Positions 9,924 through 21,447 of a stretch of 64,000 nucleotides of DNA are shown piece after piece. Source of the DNA: Dehalococcoidia bacterium (GTDB taxonomy: Bacteria > Chloroflexota > Dehalococcoidia > Lucifugimonadales > Australimonadaceae). The stretch spans positions 711,940 to 775,939 of the forward strand of contig OZ220477.1 in the NCBI GenBank assembly GCA_965116015.1. The letters run 5' to 3'. The notes under the pieces are model-generated. The model saw only the letters and a list, made by a program, of their open reading frames with translations. It was not told the DNA's origin and searched no databases. The position numbers were made by a program, and so were the translations under genes. Position 1 is the first letter of the stretch; every line of letters begins with the position of its first letter.

Positions 9924-10179
9924 CCTCCGCGCAACGCCCGGCCTGGCGGATTCGCGACGTTCTCGCGCACAATGGCGCCGGCGCGAGCCGACGCGATAGG
10001 CAGCGCCCCGGCGTGCCCGGATTTTCGCGGCGGCGCCGGCAGCGCCGCGCCCCAGCCCCAGCTTGCGCCCCGGCGCCCGATATCCGGCGAACGCCGCGAC
10101 GCCCTCCCGCGCCGAAGCGCAGGACGCCCCCGACGCGGACAAGTTGCGCCCTCTCCGCCGGCGCGCCTACGATAACCGC

Positions 10180-11598
10180 ATGCTCGCACAAGGAATGCGC
10201 CGACCGCCGACCGCGCTGGCCCTTGCCCATCCCATCGGACTCGCCCTCAGCGCCTTGCTGCTGTTCGCAGGCCTCGCCGCTCCCGCCCTTGCGCAATCCC
10301 GCGAAGCCGACGTCGTCCGCATCGACGCCATCATCAGCCCCATCACCGAGCGCTACCTCGAACGCGCCCTCCGCGACGCCGGCGACAACAACGCCGCAGC
10401 CGTCGTCGTAGCCCTCGACACCCCCGGCGGACTCCTCGACGCCACCCGCGCAATGGTCGAAGACATCCTCGCGTCTCCCGTCCCCGTAGTCGTCTACGTC
10501 TCCCCAAGCGGAGGCCGCGCCGCATCCGCCGGAACGTTCATCACCGCCGCCGCCCACATCGCCGCAATGGCCCCCGGCACGAACATCGGCGCCGCAAGCC
10601 CCGTGAGCGGGCAGGGCGGAGAGCTCGACGAAACCCTCAAGAACAAAGCCTTCCAGGACGCCGCCGCCGAGATGCGCGCCATCGCCGAAGTCCGCGGTCG
10701 CCCCGTCCAACCCCTCGAAGCCACTGTGCTCGAGGCAACCTCCTACACCGCCGAAGAAGCCCTCAACCTCGGCATCGTCGACTACATCGCCTCCAGCATC
10801 GACGACCTCCTCGCCCAGATCCACGGCGCCGAGGTCGTCGTAACCGTGAACGGCCAGGAGCGCGCAGTAACCCTCGCAACCGCCGGCGCATCCCGGCGCG
10901 AGCGCCCTATGGGACTGTTCGACCGCATCCTGTCGTTCGTCGCCGACCCCAACATCTCCTACCTCCTCATCTCCCTCGGCGGGCTCGGCCTCGTCGTCGA
11001 GCTGTGGAACCCCGGCCTCATCTTCCCCGGCGTCATCGGCGCCATCTTCCTCATCGTCGGCCTTATGGCGCTCGGAAGCCTCCCCGGCAACTGGGCCGGA
11101 GTCGCCCTCATCCTCCTCGCATTCGCCCTCATCACCATCGAATTCTTCGCCGACGGCTCCGGCCTCTTCGGCGCCCTCGGCGTCCTCAGCCTCATCCTCG
11201 GAGGAATCATCCTCTTCTGGCGCTTCGGAACCCCCTCTCCCGTCCTCCCCGACATCGCCGTCAGCCCGTGGGCGCTCGCGCCGGTCGGCGGAGCCGTCGG
11301 AATCGGCGTCGCCCTCTTCGTCCGCGAGTCCCGGCGCGCCCGCCGCGCCCAGCGCGGAGCGCCCATCCCGCAACCGCTGCTGGTGGGAGCCTACGGCGCA
11401 GTAGTCGCGGCGATCCCCCGCAACGGAGAGGGCAAGGTGCAAGCCCGCGGCGAGACCTGGAACGCCCGCCACCCCGCCGGCGACGCGGTCGCCCGAGGCG
11501 TCAGGATCACAGTGAAAGCTCAGGAAGGCGCTACCCTGGTGGTGGAGCCGCAGCGCTTCCCTCCGGAATCAGAGAGCGCGCCCCCTCCGGACGAGTAA
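10180..11598 (+). CDS. NfeD-family membrane-bound serine protease (ClpP-class)
   Basis: Signal/TM segment, then ALDTPGGLLDATRAMV, VYVSPSGGRAASAGTFI, four to five TM helices and a C-terminal OB-like NfeD domain (GEGKVQARGETWNARH). ATG at 10180 lies 7 nt after a TACGAT box, so the mRNA may be leaderless. Confidence 0.8.
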   Translation: MLAQGMRRPPTALALAHPIGLALSALLLFAGLAAPALAQSREADVVRIDAIISPITERYLERALRDAGDNNAAAVVVALDTPGGLLDATRAMVEDILASPVPVVVYVSPSGGRAASAGTFITAAAHIAAMAPGTNIGAASPVSGQGGELDETLKNKAFQDAAAEMRAIAEVRGRPVQPLEATVLEATSYTAEEALNLGIVDYIASSIDDLLAQIHGAEVVVTVNGQERAVTLATAGASRRERPMGLFDRILSFVADPNISYLLISLGGLGLVVELWNPGLIFPGVIGAIFLIVGLMALGSLPGNWAGVALILLAFALITIEFFADGSGLFGALGVLSLILGGIILFWRFGTPSPVLPDIAVSPWALAPVGGAVGIGVALFVRESRRARRAQRGAPIPQPLLVGAYGAVVAAIPRNGEGKVQARGETWNARHPAGDAVARGVRITVKAQEGATLVVEPQRFPPESESAPPPDE

Positions 11599-11684
11599 TT
11601 CCTACTCCTCCTCGGAATGCAACCTCTCCGAACAGAAAATCAAACAACGAAGCAACCAGAAAACAACCAGAGAAAGAGGATTCC

Positions 11685-12548
11685 ATGGCCAATTGGGGCG
11701 TCAACATCGTCAAGCAATACCAGCGGCTCGTCGTATTCACATTCGGAAGCTACACCGGCGCCCGCGGCCCCGGCATCCGCTGGCTCTGGCCCTTCATCAA
11801 CAACGGCACCAGCACCGTCGACCTCCGCGAAATCCCCGTCCCCATTCCGCGCCAAACAAGCATCACCCGCGACAACGCCCCCATCGACATCGACTTCTTC
11901 GTCTATATGCGCGTGATGGAAGACCGCCCCGAAGACACCATCCTCAACGTCAGCGATTTCGGAACCGCCGCCCAGGCCCTCGCTATGACAACCCTCCGCG
12001 CCGTCGTCGGCGAAATGGACCTCGACGACGTGCTCTCCAAGCGCGAGCGCATCAACGCCCAGCTCCAAGTCAAGCTCGACGAAGTAACCGTCAACTGGGG
12101 CGTCAAGGTCACGCGCGTCGAGATCAAGGAAGTCGAACCCCCCCGCGACGTCCAGGACGCAATGAACCGCCAGCTCTCAGCCGAGCGAACCCGACGGGCG
12201 GCCGTCACCGAAGCCGAAGGCGAGCGCGACGCCGAGATCAACCGCGCCGAGGGCGAACGCCAGGCCGCCGTGCTCCGCGCCGAAGGCTCCAAGCAAGCCG
12301 CCATCCTCGAAGCGCAGGGCGACCGCGAAGCCTCCATCCTCCGCGCCGAAGGCTTCAGCGTCGGCATGCAGCGCATCAACGAGGTCGCTATGCAGGCCGA
12401 CCCGCGCACAATGAGCCTCCAGTACTTCGACACCCTCAAAGACATCGGCGGAAGCCCCTCCACGAAGTGGATCTTCCCCCTGGAGTTCACCTCGATGCTC
12501 CAGCCGTTCTTGCGGCAAGACAACCCCCCTCCCGCCGACAACGCCTAG
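11685..12548 (+). CDS. SPFH/band-7 (stomatin-like) protein, partner of NfeD
   Basis: VKQYQRLVVFTFG, ITRDNAPIDIDFFVY, LRAVVGEMDLDDVLSKRE, WGVKVTRVEIKEVEPP. AGAAAGAGGA RBS before ATG 11685. Confidence 0.85.
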   Translation: MANWGVNIVKQYQRLVVFTFGSYTGARGPGIRWLWPFINNGTSTVDLREIPVPIPRQTSITRDNAPIDIDFFVYMRVMEDRPEDTILNVSDFGTAAQALAMTTLRAVVGEMDLDDVLSKRERINAQLQVKLDEVTVNWGVKVTRVEIKEVEPPRDVQDAMNRQLSAERTRRAAVTEAEGERDAEINRAEGERQAAVLRAEGSKQAAILEAQGDREASILRAEGFSVGMQRINEVAMQADPRTMSLQYFDTLKDIGGSPSTKWIFPLEFTSMLQPFLRQDNPPPADNA

Positions 12549-12567
12549 CGCGCCCGCGCGTCCGGCG

Positions 12568-13311
12568 ATGCCCGCGCTCCGGAACAGACCGCCCCCCAGG
12601 AGAGGCCCAACCGCGCTCTCTGCGCTCCCGGCCTCTCTCCTCGCGATCCTCATCCTGTTTCCCGCCTGCTCCGCCGACGGCCCCCCCGAGCCCGCGCTCG
12701 CTCCCGAACAAGCCCGCGACAACATCGCCGCCGCGATGCGAGCCCTCTCCTCCGCCCGCTTCGCCGTCTGGCATGAAGAGGGCGGCACAGACCTCGGCTT
12801 CGGAACGCTCACCAGAGCCGAGGGCGACGGCCTCTTCCCCGACCGCGCACGCTTCGTCGCCACCACCACCGCCCCCCAATTCGGAGGCGTCACCCTCGAA
12901 TTCGACATTATCCAGCACGGCGGCAGCGCCTTCATCCGCGACCGCATCAGCAACCGGTGGCAGACCATCCCACCCGGAACCCTCCTCATCAGCTTCGCCG
13001 ACGTAACCAGCGCCATCGCCGACGGCATCGCCGCAATGAACGACCCCCAGCTCTCCTTCGACGCCCCCGGCGGCGACGGCAACGCCTTCCTCCTCTCAGG
13101 CTCCATCGATGCAGTCGCCCTCGCCGGCCTCGTCCCCTCCGCTCCGGCGGGCAGCATCCTCGACCTCCAGATCCGGGCGCAGCGCGACGATTTCCTCGTG
13201 CGCCGCGTCTCCGTTGCCGGCGTCCTGCTCCCAGGCGACCCTCCCTCCACAACCCGGATCCTCGAACTCTCCGAGTTCGGCAAACCTCTCACCATAGAGC
13301 CGCCGCTTTAG
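12568..13311 (+). CDS. Putative lipoprotein, LppX/LprAFG (LprG)-like
   Basis: Signal peptide ending in the lipobox-like LFPAC|S. The size (247 aa) and overall pattern resemble the LprG family. The assignment is from memory only. Confidence 0.45.
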   Translation: MPALRNRPPPRRGPTALSALPASLLAILILFPACSADGPPEPALAPEQARDNIAAAMRALSSARFAVWHEEGGTDLGFGTLTRAEGDGLFPDRARFVATTTAPQFGGVTLEFDIIQHGGSAFIRDRISNRWQTIPPGTLLISFADVTSAIADGIAAMNDPQLSFDAPGGDGNAFLLSGSIDAVALAGLVPSAPAGSILDLQIRAQRDDFLVRRVSVAGVLLPGDPPSTTRILELSEFGKPLTIEPPL

Positions 13312-13320
13312 AATGACCGC

Positions 13321-14817
13321 ATGAAACCGCCCCTTGCCGCGCGGCGACTGCCGCCCGGCGCCGCCCTCGCCGTGGTCTGCGCCGGGGTCTTCTTCGCGTC
13401 CCTCGATCAAACATCGGTGGTCACAGCCCTCCCCGCCGTTATGATCGACCTCGGCGTCGCCATCGACCGCATCGACGACCTCGCCTGGATAGTTACCGCA
13501 TACCTACTCGGATTCACCCTGGCAATGCCCCTGCTCGGACGGGCAGGGGACATCTACGGCTACCGCCGGCTCTACCTCGGCGCAATGCTGCTGTTCGGCG
13601 CCGGCTCCGCCCTCGTCGCCCTCTCCCCAGCCCTCGGATGGCTCGTCGCCGCCCGCGTCGTGCAGGCAGTGGGAGGCGGCGCGCTCATCCCCGCCGCAAT
13701 CGCCATTTCCTCCGAAGGACTCCCCAAGCGCCGCAGACCCATCGTCTTCGGCGTCATCGGCGCCGCCGCAGAGGCCGGCGGCGTGATGGGCCCCCTCTAC
13801 GGCGGCGCCATCGTAGAGTGGCTCGGATGGCGATGGGTCTTCTGGTCCAACCTCCCCATCGTCGCCTTGCTCGCCGCAGCCTTCTTCGCCGTCCCCGAGT
13901 CCGCCCGCGCCCGCTCGCGCCTCGACAGCGCCGGCGGACTCCTCCTCGCAGGCGGCCTCGCCCTGCTCACCGTCGGCCTCGCCCAGCGCTCGCTGTTCAG
14001 CGCCGCCTCCGCAGCCCCCTTCCTACTCGCGGGCGCAGGCCTCGCCCTGCTCGTCGCCCTCGTCTTCGTCGAGCGGAGAGCCTCCGCCCCCATCATCAGC
14101 AGAACCCTCTTCGCCGCGCGAAACTTCGCGGCGGCGATGACCTCCCAACTCCTCGTGGGAGGCGCCCTCATCCTCGTGCTCGTATCCGTCCCCCTGATGA
14201 CCGACACCGTCCTCGGCAAGCCCCCCCTCGAAGGCGGACTCCGCCTCATGCGCTTCACCGGCGCCATCGCCGTCGGCGCCGTGCTCGGCGGCTACGCGAC
14301 GCGCTACGCCGGAACCCTCCCCCCAACCCTCGCCGGCCTCGCGCTGGCCGCAGCCGGTTTCGCCCTGATGACCACCTGGAACGAAACCATCGCCGACCCC
14401 CGCCTCACCCTGCATCTCGCGCTCGGCGGCCTCGGATTCGGGCTCGTCATCGCCCCCCTGGTCGTCGCCGCCGTCGACGCCGCAAGCGACGACTACCGCG
14501 CCACCGCCGCCGCCTGGATCACAATGGCTCGCCTCTTCGGTATGACGCTCGGCCTCGCCGCCCTCGCAGCATGGGGAATGGGCCACTTCCAGGGACTCAC
14601 GAGCGACCTCGTCTTCCCGATCGCCGCTCCCGGCGAGCCCGACGACGCCTTCACCGCCCGCTTCGACGCCTACCAATCAGGCGTCGCGAACGCGTCGTTC
14701 GAAGTCTTCCGCGCGTTCTTCCGCGCCGGAGCCGCCCTCTGCATCCTCGCCGCCGTCCCGCCGCTCTGGGCCCTCCTTGCCGCAAGGCTCCGCCGAAGCG
14801 CTCCCCCCTCCCGGTAG
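13321..14817 (+). CDS. MFS transporter, 14-TM DHA2-like efflux pump
   Basis: 498 aa. LDQTSVVTALP, GRAGDIYGYRRL, repeated hydrophobic helices. Confidence 0.8.
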   Translation: MKPPLAARRLPPGAALAVVCAGVFFASLDQTSVVTALPAVMIDLGVAIDRIDDLAWIVTAYLLGFTLAMPLLGRAGDIYGYRRLYLGAMLLFGAGSALVALSPALGWLVAARVVQAVGGGALIPAAIAISSEGLPKRRRPIVFGVIGAAAEAGGVMGPLYGGAIVEWLGWRWVFWSNLPIVALLAAAFFAVPESARARSRLDSAGGLLLAGGLALLTVGLAQRSLFSAASAAPFLLAGAGLALLVALVFVERRASAPIISRTLFAARNFAAAMTSQLLVGGALILVLVSVPLMTDTVLGKPPLEGGLRLMRFTGAIAVGAVLGGYATRYAGTLPPTLAGLALAAAGFALMTTWNETIADPRLTLHLALGGLGFGLVIAPLVVAAVDAASDDYRATAAAWITMARLFGMTLGLAALAAWGMGHFQGLTSDLVFPIAAPGEPDDAFTARFDAYQSGVANASFEVFRAFFRAGAALCILAAVPPLWALLAARLRRSAPPSR

Positions 14818-14935
14818 ACAACCAGTAAGCAACCAGTACTCAACCCAGTGCCGCCCCGCGCCGGTTATGCCCATCAGGCTGCGCATCCCCGCCCAACTGC
14901 GGTAGAATCGCGCCCGACCACACAGGAGAGGCAGC

Positions 14936-16960
14936 ATGACCACGCAGGCTTCCGACGCCAGCGCCGACAATCTCGCCATCAACGCCATCCGCTTCCTCGC
15001 CATCGACGCCGTCCAAAAGGCGAACAGCGGACACCCCGGAGCCCCTATGGGCGCAGCCCCTATGGCCTACACCCTCTGGGACAGGTTCCTCAAGCATAAC
15101 CCCGCCGACCCGGCATGGCCCGACCGCGACCGCTTCGTCCTCTCCGCAGGACACGCCTCTATGCTGCTCTACTCCCTCCTCTACCTCGCCGGATACCCCC
15201 TCTCCATCGACGACATCCTCCAGTTCCGCCAGTGGGAGAGCAAAACCCCCGGACACCCCGAGTTCGGCCTCACTCCCGGCGTCGAAGCAACCACCGGCCC
15301 CCTCGGCCAGGGATTCGCCCACGGCGTCGGAATGGCGATCGCCGAGAAACTCCTCGCCGAACGCTACAACCGCCCCGGACACCCCATCATCAACCACCGC
15401 GTCTACGGCTTCGTCTCCGACGGCGATCTTATGGAGGGCGTCTCAGCCGAAGCCGCCTCCCTCGCCGGAACGCTCGGCCTCGGAAAAATCGTCTACCTCT
15501 ACGACGACAACAACATCTCCATCGAAGGCGACACCGACATCACGTTCACCGAAGACGTCGCCGCCCGATTCCGCTCCTACAACTGGAGCGTCGTCGGCCC
15601 CATCGACGGCATGGACATCTCCGCCGTCGACGCCGCGCTCCGCGAAGCCCGCGACGACCTCGAACGACCCACCCTCATCGTCGCCGCGACAACCATCGGC
15701 TACGGCAGCCCCAACAAAGCCAACACCGGCGCCGCACACGGCGAACCCCTCGGCGCAGACGAAGTCGCCCTCGTCCGCCAGCGGCTCGGCTGGAATCACG
15801 AACCCTTCGTCGTCCCCCAGCAAGCCCTCGACCACGCCCGCCTCGCCCTCAAACGCGGCGCCGACGCCCAGGCCGACTGGCTCCAGCGCCTCGACGCCTA
15901 CCGCAAAGCCTACCCCGCCGAAGCCGCCCAGCTCGAACTCGACCTCAGCGGACAGCTCCCCGATGGCTGGGACGACCCCCTCGCCAACCTCTTCGACAAC
16001 GACAACAAGCCCATCGCAACCCGCGACGCCGGAAACCGCGTAATGAACGCCCTCTCCACCCGCGTTCACTCCCTCATCGGCGGCTCCGCCGACCTCGCCC
16101 CCTCAACACGAACACTCCTCAAAGAAACCCTCAACCTCGCCGGCGCCGAATTCCCTCCCCGCAATATGCACTTCGGCGTCCGCGAGCACGCTATGGGAGC
16201 CATCGCCGGCGGAATGGCCCTCCACGGAGGCCTCATCCCCTACACCGCCACCTTCCTCATCTTCTCCGACTATATGCGCCCCCCTATGCGCCTCGCCGCC
16301 CTTATGGGCTTGCGCGTCGTCTACATCTTCACCCACGACTCCATCGCCCTCGGCGAAGACGGCCCCACCCACCAACCCATCGAACAGCTCCTCGGACTCC
16401 GCAGCATCCCCAATATGGCCGTCCTCCGACCCGCCGACGCAACCGAAACCGCCGTCGCCTGGAAAGCCGCCCTCGAACGCTCCACCGGCCCCTCCTCCCT
16501 CCTGCTCACCCGCCAGGCCCTCCCCATCCTCAACCGCTCAGAGTGCGCCCCCGCCAACGGCGTGCTCAAGGGCGCCTACACGCTCTGGGAAAACAGCCCC
16601 AACCCCAGCGTCCTCATCATCGGCACAGGCTCCGAAACGCACATCGCCCTCGACGCCGCCAAACGCCTCGCCGACAGGGGAATCTCCTCTCGCGCCGTCT
16701 CGATGCCCTCCTGGGAGCTGTTCGACGCGCAACCGCAGGAGTACCGCGACGCCGTGATCCCTCCCCGCGTAACCGCCCGCGTCTCCGTCGAGGCCGCCCG
16801 AACAATGGGCTGGGAGCGCTACGTCGGCCTCCGCGGAGCCTCGATCGGAGTCGACGCCTTCGGCGCATCCGCCCCCTACCAGCGCATCTACCAGGAATAC
16901 GGCGTCACTGCCGAACGCGTCGCAGAGGTCGCCGAATCCCTCGCAAAGGCCGCGCAATGA
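14936..16960 (+). CDS. tkt: Transketolase
   Basis: [46 protein letters not shown] box at 14903-14908. Confidence 0.95.
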   Translation: MTTQASDASADNLAINAIRFLAIDAVQKANSGHPGAPMGAAPMAYTLWDRFLKHNPADPAWPDRDRFVLSAGHASMLLYSLLYLAGYPLSIDDILQFRQWESKTPGHPEFGLTPGVEATTGPLGQGFAHGVGMAIAEKLLAERYNRPGHPIINHRVYGFVSDGDLMEGVSAEAASLAGTLGLGKIVYLYDDNNISIEGDTDITFTEDVAARFRSYNWSVVGPIDGMDISAVDAALREARDDLERPTLIVAATTIGYGSPNKANTGAAHGEPLGADEVALVRQRLGWNHEPFVVPQQALDHARLALKRGADAQADWLQRLDAYRKAYPAEAAQLELDLSGQLPDGWDDPLANLFDNDNKPIATRDAGNRVMNALSTRVHSLIGGSADLAPSTRTLLKETLNLAGAEFPPRNMHFGVREHAMGAIAGGMALHGGLIPYTATFLIFSDYMRPPMRLAALMGLRVVYIFTHDSIALGEDGPTHQPIEQLLGLRSIPNMAVLRPADATETAVAWKAALERSTGPSSLLLTRQALPILNRSECAPANGVLKGAYTLWENSPNPSVLIIGTGSETHIALDAAKRLADRGISSRAVSMPSWELFDAQPQEYRDAVIPPRVTARVSVEAARTMGWERYVGLRGASIGVDAFGASAPYQRIYQEYGVTAERVAEVAESLAKAAQ

Positions 16961-18588
16961 CCCAGCAAGCACAACCCCCCGGAGCCGTCCTCGGCCCCCT
17001 TGCCGCTCCCGTCAACGATGCGCTCAACAACCTCGCCGCCGCCAACGTTATGGCCCGCATCTGGGACGGCGACTACACCGTCTGGAAGGACGACCCCACA
17101 GAGATCGTCAACCGCCTCGGCTGGCTCACAGCCCCCAGAGATATGGCGGGCTCCGTCGGCGACCTCCGCTCCTTCGCCGGCGAAATCCGCCGCGACGGCT
17201 TCGCCAGCATCGTCCTCCTCGGAATGGGCGGCAGCAGCCTCGGCCCCGAAGTCATCCGCCAGTGCATCGGCTCCGCCCCCGGATTCCCCGACCTCGTCGT
17301 GCTCGACTCCACAGTCCCCGCCAGAATCGCCGCCGTCTCCAACTCCATCGACATCAGCCGATCCCTGTTCATCGTCTCCTCCAAATCCGGAGGCACCATC
17401 GAGCCGAACTCGCTCTACAAACTCTTCCGCGCCCTCGTCGAAAGCGCCGTCGGCGAACAAGAGGCTGGCGCCCGCTTCATCGCCATCACCGACCCCGGAA
17501 CCCCCCTCGCCAGACTCGCCTCCCGCGACGGATTCCGCCGCCTCTTCGAAAACCCGCCAAACATCGGCGGACGCTACTCCGTCGGCTCCTGCTTCGGCCT
17601 CGTCCCCGCCGCGCTCTCCGGCGTCGACTGCGGCCAGCTCCTCCAGCGACTCACCCAAATGGCCTCCCGCTGCGAGGCCAGCGTCGGCGTCCGCAACAAC
17701 CCCGGCGGATGGCTCGGCGCCGCCATCGGCGCTATGACCCGCGAAGGCCGCGACAAGCTCACCCTCATCACATCCCCCTCCATCGCAAGCTTCGGACTCT
17801 GGGTCGAGCAGCTCATCGCCGAGAGCGCAGGCAAAGACGGCTCCGGCGTCATCCCCGTCGCCGGCGAACCTCTCCTCAACCCCCACAACTACGGCGACGA
17901 CCGAGCTTTCGTCTATATGCGCCTCGCCGGATGCGAAAACGCCGAAACCGACGTCGCCGCCGAGCGCCTCGCCGGAAACGGCCACCCAGTCATCACCCTC
18001 GACCTCGACGACCCCTACGACATCGGCGCCGAATTCTTCCGCTGGGAATTCGCCACCGCCGTCGCCGGGCGCATCCTCGGCGTCCACCCCTTCGACCAGC
18101 CCAACGTCCAGGCCGCCAAAGACGCCACCGATCGCGTCCTCGCAGCCTACGTCCGCGACGGCGCCCTCCCGCCAACCCCGTCCGGCTCCCCCGCAGACCT
18201 CCTCGCTCAGGCCAGCCCCGGCGACTACCTCGCCATTATGATCTACGCCGAAGAAACAACCGGCGTGAACAAAGCCGCCAACGCCCTCCGGCGGCGCGTT
18301 ATGAACCGTCACAACATCGCAACCACCCTCGGCTACGGCCCGCGCTTCCTCCACTCCACCGGACAGCTCCACAAAGGCGGGCCCAACAGCGGGCTCTTCC
18401 TCCAGCTCGCCGCCGCCCACGACCCCGACATCGAAATCCCCGGCGAACCCTTCACCTTCGGCGCCCTCGCCAACGCGCAGGCGCAGGGCGACTACCAGGC
18501 GCTCCTCGACGCCGGCAGACGCGTCGCCGCAGTCAACCTCGGCCACGACGCCGAATCCGGCATCCTGCGGCTCCTCGGAACAGTATGA
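16957..18588 (+). CDS. pgi: Glucose-6-phosphate isomerase
   Basis: [54 protein letters not shown] overlap with the tkt stop. It is embedded in the spurious 1157-aa ORF 15115..18588. Confidence 0.85.
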   Translation: MTQQAQPPGAVLGPLAAPVNDALNNLAAANVMARIWDGDYTVWKDDPTEIVNRLGWLTAPRDMAGSVGDLRSFAGEIRRDGFASIVLLGMGGSSLGPEVIRQCIGSAPGFPDLVVLDSTVPARIAAVSNSIDISRSLFIVSSKSGGTIEPNSLYKLFRALVESAVGEQEAGARFIAITDPGTPLARLASRDGFRRLFENPPNIGGRYSVGSCFGLVPAALSGVDCGQLLQRLTQMASRCEASVGVRNNPGGWLGAAIGAMTREGRDKLTLITSPSIASFGLWVEQLIAESAGKDGSGVIPVAGEPLLNPHNYGDDRAFVYMRLAGCENAETDVAAERLAGNGHPVITLDLDDPYDIGAEFFRWEFATAVAGRILGVHPFDQPNVQAAKDATDRVLAAYVRDGALPPTPSGSPADLLAQASPGDYLAIMIYAEETTGVNKAANALRRRVMNRHNIATTLGYGPRFLHSTGQLHKGGPNSGLFLQLAAAHDPDIEIPGEPFTFGALANAQAQGDYQALLDAGRRVAAVNLGHDAESGILRLLGTV

Positions 18589-18751
18589 GGCCAGCAGCAT
18601 CCCCGACCCCGCAGAACCGCGTTCGGCTCAATGCGAACGCCCTCGCTCCCCTGCGCCCTGGCCGAAACCCCGCCTCCCTGGCTCCCTGCGCCCAACGCTT
18701 CCTCGCGTCCCCGCGCCCCGGAAAAAACGCTCCCACCGGAGGCCCCTAACT

Positions 18752-20233
18752 ATGCCCCAAGCAGTAACCATCGTCATCCTCGGCGGCGCCGGCGACCTCG
18801 CCCGGCGCAAACTCGCCCCCGCCCTCTGCAACCTCCTCAGGAAAAACCGACTCCCCAGCAACGTCCAGATCGTCGGCTTCGCCCGCTCCGACCTCGACGA
18901 ACCCGCCTACCGCGAACTCCTCCGGCAAGGCGTCTCCGATCTCAGCGACATCGCAATCTCCCGCGACGAATGGAACGCCCTCGCCCCACGCCTCCACTAC
19001 GCCCGCGGCGACATCGCCGACCCCGCCTCCTTCCGAGCCCTCCGCCAACGCCTGGAAGAGATCGAACCCCCAGGCGAAACCGACAGGCTCTTCTACCTCG
19101 CCATCGCACCCAACCTCCACCCCGCCGCAGCCGCCGGGCTCCACTCCGCCGGACTCGCCGACGAATCCAACGGCTGGCGCCGCGTCGTCTTCGAGAAACC
19201 CTTCGGCGAAGACGAAGATTCCGCGCGAAGCCTCAACCGCATCATCCACAACATCTTCCGCGAAGATCAGGTCTACCGCATCGACCACTACCTCGGAAAA
19301 GAAACCGTCCAAAACCTCATCGTCCTCCGCTTCGCCAACGCCATCTTCGAACCCATCTGGAACCGCAACTACATCGACAACGTCCAGATCACCGTCGCCG
19401 AGTCCGTCTCCGTCGGCCAGCGCGCCGGCTACTACGACGCCTCCGGCGTCGTCCGCGATATGGCCCAGAACCACCTCCTCCAGCTTATGTGCCTCGTCGC
19501 CCTCGAACCCCCAAGCTCAATGGACGCCAACGCCCTCCGCGACCGCCGCGCCGACGTCCTCCGCGCCGTCCGCCGCTGGACCCCCCATGAATTCCGCGAG
19601 CACGCCGTCGCCGCCCAATACGACGGCTACCTCAACGAACCCGGCGTCGATCCCGCCTCCCGAACCCCCACCTTCGCCGCTATGCGCCTCTACATCGACA
19701 ACTGGCGATGGCAAGGCATCCCCTTCTACCTCCGCTCAGGCAAAAGCCTCGCCCGCAAAGTCTCCGAAATCGTCATCCAATTCAAATCACCCCCCCTCTC
19801 AATGTTCCCCCGCGTCAGCCAGAGCTTCGCCCCCAACCTCCTCTCCATCTGCATCCAGCCCGACGAGGGCATACACCTCCGCGTCGACGCCAAAACCCCC
19901 GACGCCGGCCTCCTCGCCGAACCCGTCGATATGGAATTCCACTACAGCCAGCGACACGCCAACATCGAACTCCCCGACGCCTACGAGCGCCTCCTCGAAG
20001 ACGCCGTCTACGGCGACCCAAGCCTCTTCATCCGCGCCGACCAGATCGAACAGTCCTGGAACATCCTCGACCCCCTCCTCCAATGCTGGGCCGACCCCGG
20101 ATCCGGCGGCGTCGAAACCTACCCCCCCGGCTCCTGGGGCCCCCAGGGCGCCGACCGCCTCCTCGCCCAGCACGGCCACAGATGGCGATCCATCTGCGGC
20201 CCCGACCACCAGCCCCAACCGCTAGACCACTAA
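18752..20233 (+). CDS. zwf: Glucose-6-phosphate 1-dehydrogenase
   Basis: ILGGAGDLARRKL, RIDHYLGKE, full length 493 aa. Confidence 0.95.
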   Translation: MPQAVTIVILGGAGDLARRKLAPALCNLLRKNRLPSNVQIVGFARSDLDEPAYRELLRQGVSDLSDIAISRDEWNALAPRLHYARGDIADPASFRALRQRLEEIEPPGETDRLFYLAIAPNLHPAAAAGLHSAGLADESNGWRRVVFEKPFGEDEDSARSLNRIIHNIFREDQVYRIDHYLGKETVQNLIVLRFANAIFEPIWNRNYIDNVQITVAESVSVGQRAGYYDASGVVRDMAQNHLLQLMCLVALEPPSSMDANALRDRRADVLRAVRRWTPHEFREHAVAAQYDGYLNEPGVDPASRTPTFAAMRLYIDNWRWQGIPFYLRSGKSLARKVSEIVIQFKSPPLSMFPRVSQSFAPNLLSICIQPDEGIHLRVDAKTPDAGLLAEPVDMEFHYSQRHANIELPDAYERLLEDAVYGDPSLFIRADQIEQSWNILDPLLQCWADPGSGGVETYPPGSWGPQGADRLLAQHGHRWRSICGPDHQPQPLDH

Positions 20234-20331
20234 CTCCGGCCACCAACAGAGACGGGCAGGGGAGACCCCGCCCCGAAACCCCAGAACCAGTACCCCCAGC
20301 CGCCGCCGCCGCCCGCAGAAAGGAACCCCCT

Positions 20332-21447
20332 ATGCTCTTCATCGACAACGAAACCGTCCGCCGCGTCCTTACCATCGCCGACGCCATCGACTCTCAGGAC
20401 GAAGCCTTCCGCGGCCTCGTCGACGGCGCCGCCATCCACCGCCCCCGCATCGATATGTACGTCCCAACCGGCCGCGAAGACGACTACTACCGCTGGGGCA
20501 CAATGGAAGGCGCCAGCCGCGACCTCGGCGTCTTCGCCATCCGAATGAAATCCGACATCGTATCCTGGCCCGAAGACGAAAACGGCAACTGGACCGAAGA
20601 GAAGTACTGCGTCGAACCCGGCTCCTACTGCGGCCTCATCTTCCTCTTCAGCTCCACCAACGGCGAACCCCTCGCCATCATCAACGACGGCGAACTCCAG
20701 CACGCCCGCGTCGGCGCAGGCGCCGGCCTCGGCGTCCGTTACCTCTCACGCCCCAACTCGAAAATCGTCGCAATGATCGGCTCCGGCGGTATGGCCCGCT
20801 CCTACCTCCGCGCATTCTGCAACGAACGACCCATCGAGAAAGTCCGCGTCTACAGCCCCACCAGAAAGAACCGCGAAGCCTACGCCGCCGAAATGATGGA
20901 CTCCCTCAACATCGACGTCCAACCCGTCGACGACCCCGAAGCCGCCGTCCGCGGCGCCGACATCGTCTCCACCTGCACCGACGCAATGCGCCCGGTCCTC
21001 AACGGCGACTGGCTCGAACCCGGCATGCACATCACCAACCTCGGAGGCTACGAACTCGACGAAACAACCTTCGAACGCGCCGCCGTAACGATCCGCCAGG
21101 GAATCGGCGGCGCGCGCCTCGCCGACGACCCCCGCATCCAGTACGGACGCGGCCACAGCCCCGTCGCCTTCGTCGCCGGCACCGAAGAAGAGATGAAACG
21201 CCTCCCTCCCTCAGGCCTCCGGATGCGCCAATTCGGCTCATCCCCAATGCACCCATCCTTCACCGACCTCGTAACCGGCGTCGTCTCCGGACGAACCTCC
21301 CCAAGCGACATCACCCTCTACCTCAACAGCGGCAACCAGGGACTCCAATTCGCAGCTGTCGGCAAAGTCGTCTACGACAAAGCCCGCCAGCAATCCCTCG
21401 GACACGAAATCCCCACCTCTCTCTTCCTCCAGGACATCCGCGACTAG
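20332..21447 (+). CDS. Ornithine cyclodeaminase / mu-crystallin family protein
   Basis: Rossmann block VAMIGSGGMARSYL, VRVYSPTRKNREAY, ADIVSTCT. Confidence 0.7.
   Translation: MLFIDNETVRRVLTIADAIDSQDEAFRGLVDGAAIHRPRIDMYVPTGREDDYYRWGTMEGASRDLGVFAIRMKSDIVSWPEDENGNWTEEKYCVEPGSYCGLIFLFSSTNGEPLAIINDGELQHARVGAGAGLGVRYLSRPNSKIVAMIGSGGMARSYLRAFCNERPIEKVRVYSPTRKNREAYAAEMMDSLNIDVQPVDDPEAAVRGADIVSTCTDAMRPVLNGDWLEPGMHITNLGGYELDETTFERAAVTIRQGIGGARLADDPRIQYGRGHSPVAFVAGTEEEMKRLPPSGLRMRQFGSSPMHPSFTDLVTGVVSGRTSPSDITLYLNSGNQGLQFAAVGKVVYDKARQQSLGHEIPTSLFLQDIRD

Noticed and set aside
15115-18588. A 1157-aa + strand ORF (Arg/Pro-rich, [12 protein letters not shown]...) spanning tkt and pgi. Similar giants occur at 28667..30988, 48251..50788, 59724..61283, 60839..62350 and 62633..63883.
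   Set aside because: These have low-complexity R/P/H composition and overlap well-supported genes in other frames. They are explained by the T-poor + strand, which rarely yields stop codons. Only the C-terminal part of 15115..18588, from 16957 on, is real (pgi).
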